Of a stretch of DNA of 63,724 bases, positions 60,443-63,724 are shown one piece after another; position 1 is the stretch's first letter, and each line of letters opens with the position of its first letter. Source of the DNA: Nitrosopumilus sp. (GTDB taxonomy: Archaea; Thermoproteota; Nitrososphaeria; Nitrososphaerales; Nitrosopumilaceae); the NCBI GenBank assembly GCA_029860565.1, contig JAOUAY010000001.1, positions 1 to 63,724 on the forward strand, read 5' to 3'. The translations under genes were made by a program, and so were the position numbers. Below the pieces are notes generated by a model that saw only the letters and a list, made by a program, of their open reading frames with translations, was not told where the DNA came from and searched no databases.

Positions 60443-60470
60443 ATATTCCTAAACTCGAATTTTGAAACAT
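60443..60470. repeat. 28-bp palindrome copy 1 (consensus ATGTTTCTAAATTCGAATTTAGAAACAT)
   Basis: ATATTCCTAAACTCGAATTTTGAAACAT, 4 mismatches, 4 nt after the tRNA. Confidence 0.75.
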
Positions 60471-60513
60471 CTTGTTTGCATACATGTAGTAGAAGATGAA
60501 AATGAAATTCAGA

Positions 60514-60541
60514 GTATTTCTAAATTCGAATTTAGAAACAT
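60514..60541. repeat. 28-bp palindrome copy 2
   Basis: GTATTTCTAAATTCGAATTTAGAAACAT, 2 mismatches. Confidence 0.85.
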
Positions 60542-60629
60542 TAATCGGTTGTTAGCAATTAGTTTACTCAATTAGACAACATAGATCTAATAGGAGATCG
60601 CATACTTAGAATAATGCAGGAGGGTTACA

Positions 60630-60878
60630 TTGGTCAGGACTAGAAGGGCCAACAGATATTGTGTCGATTGTGGAGCAAGATTGGTTTATTATCCAAGATT
60701 GTCAAATCCAAAGGCTCCAAATGAACATAGAGTACTAGTTTATGCATGTCCAGATTGTACCGATGACTTTGAAAAACCAAAAATGTTTTCCATTAAACGT
60801 AATCAAGTGGAGGATCCATTGGAAACAGTAGAAATTGAGATTACACAATTACAGAAAAAAGCAATTGTTGCAAAATAG
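60630..60878 (+). CDS. Zinc-ribbon protein
   Basis: CVDCG...CPDC. Confidence 0.7.
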   Translation: MVRTRRANRYCVDCGARLVYYPRLSNPKAPNEHRVLVYACPDCTDDFEKPKMFSIKRNQVEDPLETVEIEITQLQKKAIVAK

Positions 60879-60890
60879 AAGTAAAGAAGT

Positions 60891-61118
60891 ATGTCGTATC
60901 CAGAAAAATCAAGAAGTAATGCGTGGTTCTTGTTACCAATATTTTTTGGAGTTATAGGAGGAATAATTGCATTTTTTATTTTGCGCCAGGATGATCCACA
61001 TAAAGCAAAGAACTGCTTGTATTTGGGAATTGTATTCATGGTAATTGGAATTATTTTCAATATTTTGGTTGCTGCATCATTTCCAAATTTAGATTCAGGT
61101 TTTGATGTGAATATATAA
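60891..61118 (+). CDS. Small 2-TM membrane protein
   Basis: W.LLPIFFG.IGGIIA...DP.KAK. Confidence 0.7.
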   Translation: MSYPEKSRSNAWFLLPIFFGVIGGIIAFFILRQDDPHKAKNCLYLGIVFMVIGIIFNILVAASFPNLDSGFDVNI

Positions 61119-61153
61119 CAAGTGTTACGTTGTTTTCCTAGTAATGATACACA

Positions 61154-61181
61154 TTATGTCTAAATTCGAATTTAGAAACAT
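61154..61181. repeat. 28-bp palindrome copy 3
   Basis: TTATGTCTAAATTCGAATTTAGAAACAT, 3 mismatches; half-site at 61204-61220. Confidence 0.85.
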
Positions 61182-61233
61182 TATAAATTTAGCATGATAG
61201 TCATTTGAATTTAGAATCATATAGAACTAGTTT

Positions 61234-61695
61234 ATGGAAATTTGTATGAGCGTATCTAAAATGAGGGACAATGTAGAAAGATGGGTAATTCATGAAGGTC
61301 TTTCTTTTGAAGAGGTAAAAAATCCTGAAAATAGTTTTCAAGTTCTAGTAAAACATGCAGGTCAATATGGAATTCCTGTAGATGTGTTTGAGCCAAAAGG
61401 ACAACCAGGAATTCTAGTGATAGGGGCCAAAGTAATTATGAAAAACAGTCAAATTTCAAGATATTTAGGATTTAATACAGAAGAAAAAGAGAAGTTTGAG
61501 AAAAAAGTTGCCGATTTTTGCTATTCAATACAAGCAATCAACAAAATTATCACAGAGGATGGTAAACAAAAGGTTGGAGTTTATGTTGTGATGGATGATA
61601 AGGAAAACATCAATCAACAAACCATGTTAGATGCAATAGACAAAGTCTCAGAAATACATGAAAAAACATCAAGATTTTTGCTAAAGACATTTTAA
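61234..61695 (+). CDS. Hypothetical protein (DUF2299-like)
   Basis: VERW...EG N-terminus; 153 aa. Confidence 0.55.
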   Translation: MEICMSVSKMRDNVERWVIHEGLSFEEVKNPENSFQVLVKHAGQYGIPVDVFEPKGQPGILVIGAKVIMKNSQISRYLGFNTEEKEKFEKKVADFCYSIQAINKIITEDGKQKVGVYVVMDDKENINQQTMLDAIDKVSEIHEKTSRFLLKTF

Positions 61696-61936
61696 AAAAA
61701 TAGATGATTTATCAGTTCTACATGGATATTATATCAAAAATTTTCTAAAATGAATAATGAAGCATAATCATTATAGATTGACAAATCAACGATTAATGAA
61801 AAAATTGAATCTACAAACAAGGTCTTTAACGAATTTAGGGAATTCTCATTAGTATTTTTTTCCAAGTTTTTGATTAGATTACATCAATTTCAAAACAATT
61901 TCTAGAATGATTAATTTCACAAAAACAAGCCTAGGC

Positions 61937-62016
61937 GTTAAACCCCCCCTTAAAATTAGCATGTTTAGGCATAATGTGAAATTTTCAAGATCAGGTGTTT
62001 TGATGGGGGGTTGAAC
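61937..62016. repeat. Inverted repeat GTTAAACCCCCC ... GGGGGGTTGAAC (hairpin or MITE-like)
   Basis: 11/12 complementary arms at 61937-61948 and 62005-62016. Confidence 0.5.
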
Positions 62017-62147
62017 ACTTGTGCCCATATCCAAGATGCAACCATCATTCCACCAAGGTCTCCCAGCTAAACATGTATGATCTTTTATTGTTAGGCATGA
62101 AAGCTAAACCCCTCCAAATTAGTAAAAAAATAAAGAAAAAATGGAGA

Positions 62148-62939
62148 TTACCCCACTGGTGTGACAGTTAAGTCAGTCAAACATAGATGAGTTATGTTTC
62201 CATTTCCATCATCAGTTGGGACGATGTTAAATGATGCATAAGCTGCTAAGTCTGCGCTTAGAAGATTATAGTCATCTAATGGAACATTATCTACGCCTAA
62301 TGTGTTTCCTCTTACAATCAAATTGTAAGCAAATGGAGAAATGTTGTTTTCAGTATCAATAGTTCTTCCAACATCAACTTCTATTCCGCTGAAGTTTAAT
62401 TCAGTAGGGAGGTCAGCACATGCTTGATCCTCTTCTGGCAACAATGCAGTTTTTGTCAGATCTAGAATGTGAGGATGCATTAGAGGACCGTCATTTAGTT
62501 GATCATCAACATTTTCTGGCAAACCAAGAGTTTCTTGAAGTGCCTCTAGAACTCCAATGGATTGGCCATTAGGACATCTTTTAACTTCATTAATATCACC
62601 TTGAACCAATGAATCTGCAGCACAAACATGAGAAGTGAATGCCAAAACATTCTCTGGTAGCATGATTGTATCATCAATATTTTCAACTGGAATTCCAGTA
62701 TCATGTAATGCTGTTATGAATCCATAACCATATGCTCCAAAATTACCATTGTTGTATATGGCAGTAGCAGTGGTGATTTTTGCTGATGCGGTACCATCTC
62801 CATTGTCAACAAGAGCAATATCTTTGATGTCTAGATGTGTTACTCCGTTAGAATTTGCTTGAGCACTTTGAGTCATTATCATTGAAACTACAAATACTGC
62901 AGCTAATGAAATTCCCAAAATTGCTTTTGTGTTAGTCAT
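62148..62939 (-). CDS. Secreted acidic hypothetical protein
   Basis: Signal peptide ending AQA; Asp/Asn-rich; four Cys. Confidence 0.75.
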   Translation of the reverse strand: MTNTKAILGISLAAVFVVSMIMTQSAQANSNGVTHLDIKDIALVDNGDGTASAKITTATAIYNNGNFGAYGYGFITALHDTGIPVENIDDTIMLPENVLAFTSHVCAADSLVQGDINEVKRCPNGQSIGVLEALQETLGLPENVDDQLNDGPLMHPHILDLTKTALLPEEDQACADLPTELNFSGIEVDVGRTIDTENNISPFAYNLIVRGNTLGVDNVPLDDYNLLSADLAAYASFNIVPTDDGNGNITHLCLTDLTVTPVG

Positions 62940-63065
62940 TGGTTAAGTCCAAAACATGAGACATTTAAAATTAATCCTGTATGATGAAGATATGACATTC
63001 ATAATTTTGATCGCATATTTTATCAAAATATCAGGGGGTTTTGAGTACAAATATGCACAAAAAAT

Positions 63066-63590
63066 GTGCGTTTCAACTATATACCAAAAAACTGTACAAA
63101 TTTTGTGGCAAGGATAGGTCTTGTATTGGTACTAGGAGTGGTAATCTCAATAATGGCAGTTTCTATGTACATGTATGTAGAAAATAAGATAAACATAATT
63201 GAGGTAAATAGTGGCGACAAAGTCAAAGTAGGACCTGTAGAGTACACAATAACCTTTGAGGGAACACATAATGGAAACAAGGAAACAAAGGCTGAAAACA
63301 TGTTTGTTCATATCGGAATTGTTGCAAAAAACATCAGTGAAGAGAGAACATTGATGTCAGAAGATCAGTTCTACATTCTAGAAGACAAGAAAAAATACGT
63401 GGCAGTATATGGAGAGTTTTCCTCAAAAGATTTACTCTCAGAATGGCTTGAACCAGGCAAAGCAATAGAAAAAACAACACAGTTTGACATTCCGTTTGAT
63501 GAAGAAAAACAGTACAACGTAATCATAAGGCCACAAAAAGAGCAGACATCTGTTGATACTGCAGTTGTCTGTATTACTAATTGTGAATAA
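63066..63590 (+). CDS. Membrane-anchored Ig-like protein (DUF4352-like)
   Basis: N-terminal TM; N.S.E, F.I.D, LEPG......FDIP. Confidence 0.65.
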   Translation: MRFNYIPKNCTNFVARIGLVLVLGVVISIMAVSMYMYVENKINIIEVNSGDKVKVGPVEYTITFEGTHNGNKETKAENMFVHIGIVAKNISEERTLMSEDQFYILEDKKKYVAVYGEFSSKDLLSEWLEPGKAIEKTTQFDIPFDEEKQYNVIIRPQKEQTSVDTAVVCITNCE

Positions 63591-63653
63591 TAAATTCAAT
63601 AATATCAAAGAAAGATAGCCTAATTTTCTATGATTCCCCCTTGTTGGTTTGAT

Positions 63654-63681
63654 ATGTTTCTAAATTCGAAATTAGAAATAT
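63654..63681. repeat. 28-bp palindrome copy 4
   Basis: ATGTTTCTAAATTCGAAATTAGAAATAT, 2 mismatches. Confidence 0.85.
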
Positions 63682-63724
63682 ACCAAATTACTCACTCATC
63701 TTCAACTCAGGCAAGACAAAGACT

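Noticed and set aside
60443-63681. CRISPR array interpretation of the 28-bp palindromes
   Set aside because: Spacing is irregular (43 bp, about 0.6 kb, about 2.5 kb), genes lie between copies and no cas genes are present
60365-63724. Integrated provirus or ICE at tRNA-Asn
   Set aside because: No integrase, no duplicated tRNA 3' end and no viral hallmark genes within the window

Overview
AT-rich chromosomal segment of a Nitrosopumilus-like ammonia-oxidising archaeon (Nitrososphaerota). The assignment rests on the archaeal ribosomal-protein operon lacking rpl2, proteasome alpha subunit, ESCRT-III/CdvB, type II GAPDH and a CFI-box-CTERM protein. Core content: ilvA, purE/purK, thrC, gap, HMG-CoA synthase, bioD-bioA-bioB...bioF, ccdA-redoxin, psmA, rpl3 to rpl6, and tRNA-Asn(GTT). 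Four accessory-looking tracts stand out. (1) About 11.6-21.4 kb: a signalling island where an orphan UrtA-type urea/amide-binding protein is co-oriented with a Cache-HAMP histidine kinase and a stand-alone receiver, plus two more kinases and a second receiver. (2) About 36.35-41.1 kb: unrelated single genes between bioB and bioF, separated by copies of a degenerate ~40-90 bp repeat, like a cassette array. (3) About 45.0-49.2 kb: a HEPN-motif protein, and a 73-aa filamentous-coat/pilin-like protein that shares RTTCA-N5-TGAAY boxes with an adjacent Lrp/AsnC gene. (4) Downstream of tRNA-Asn: four copies of a 28-bp palindrome bracket small genes. Many proteins under 60 aa (Cys/His zinc-binding or single-TM) are missing from the ORF track and were read manually. 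No integrase, transposase or CRISPR array was recognised. All calls were made by eye without database searches.
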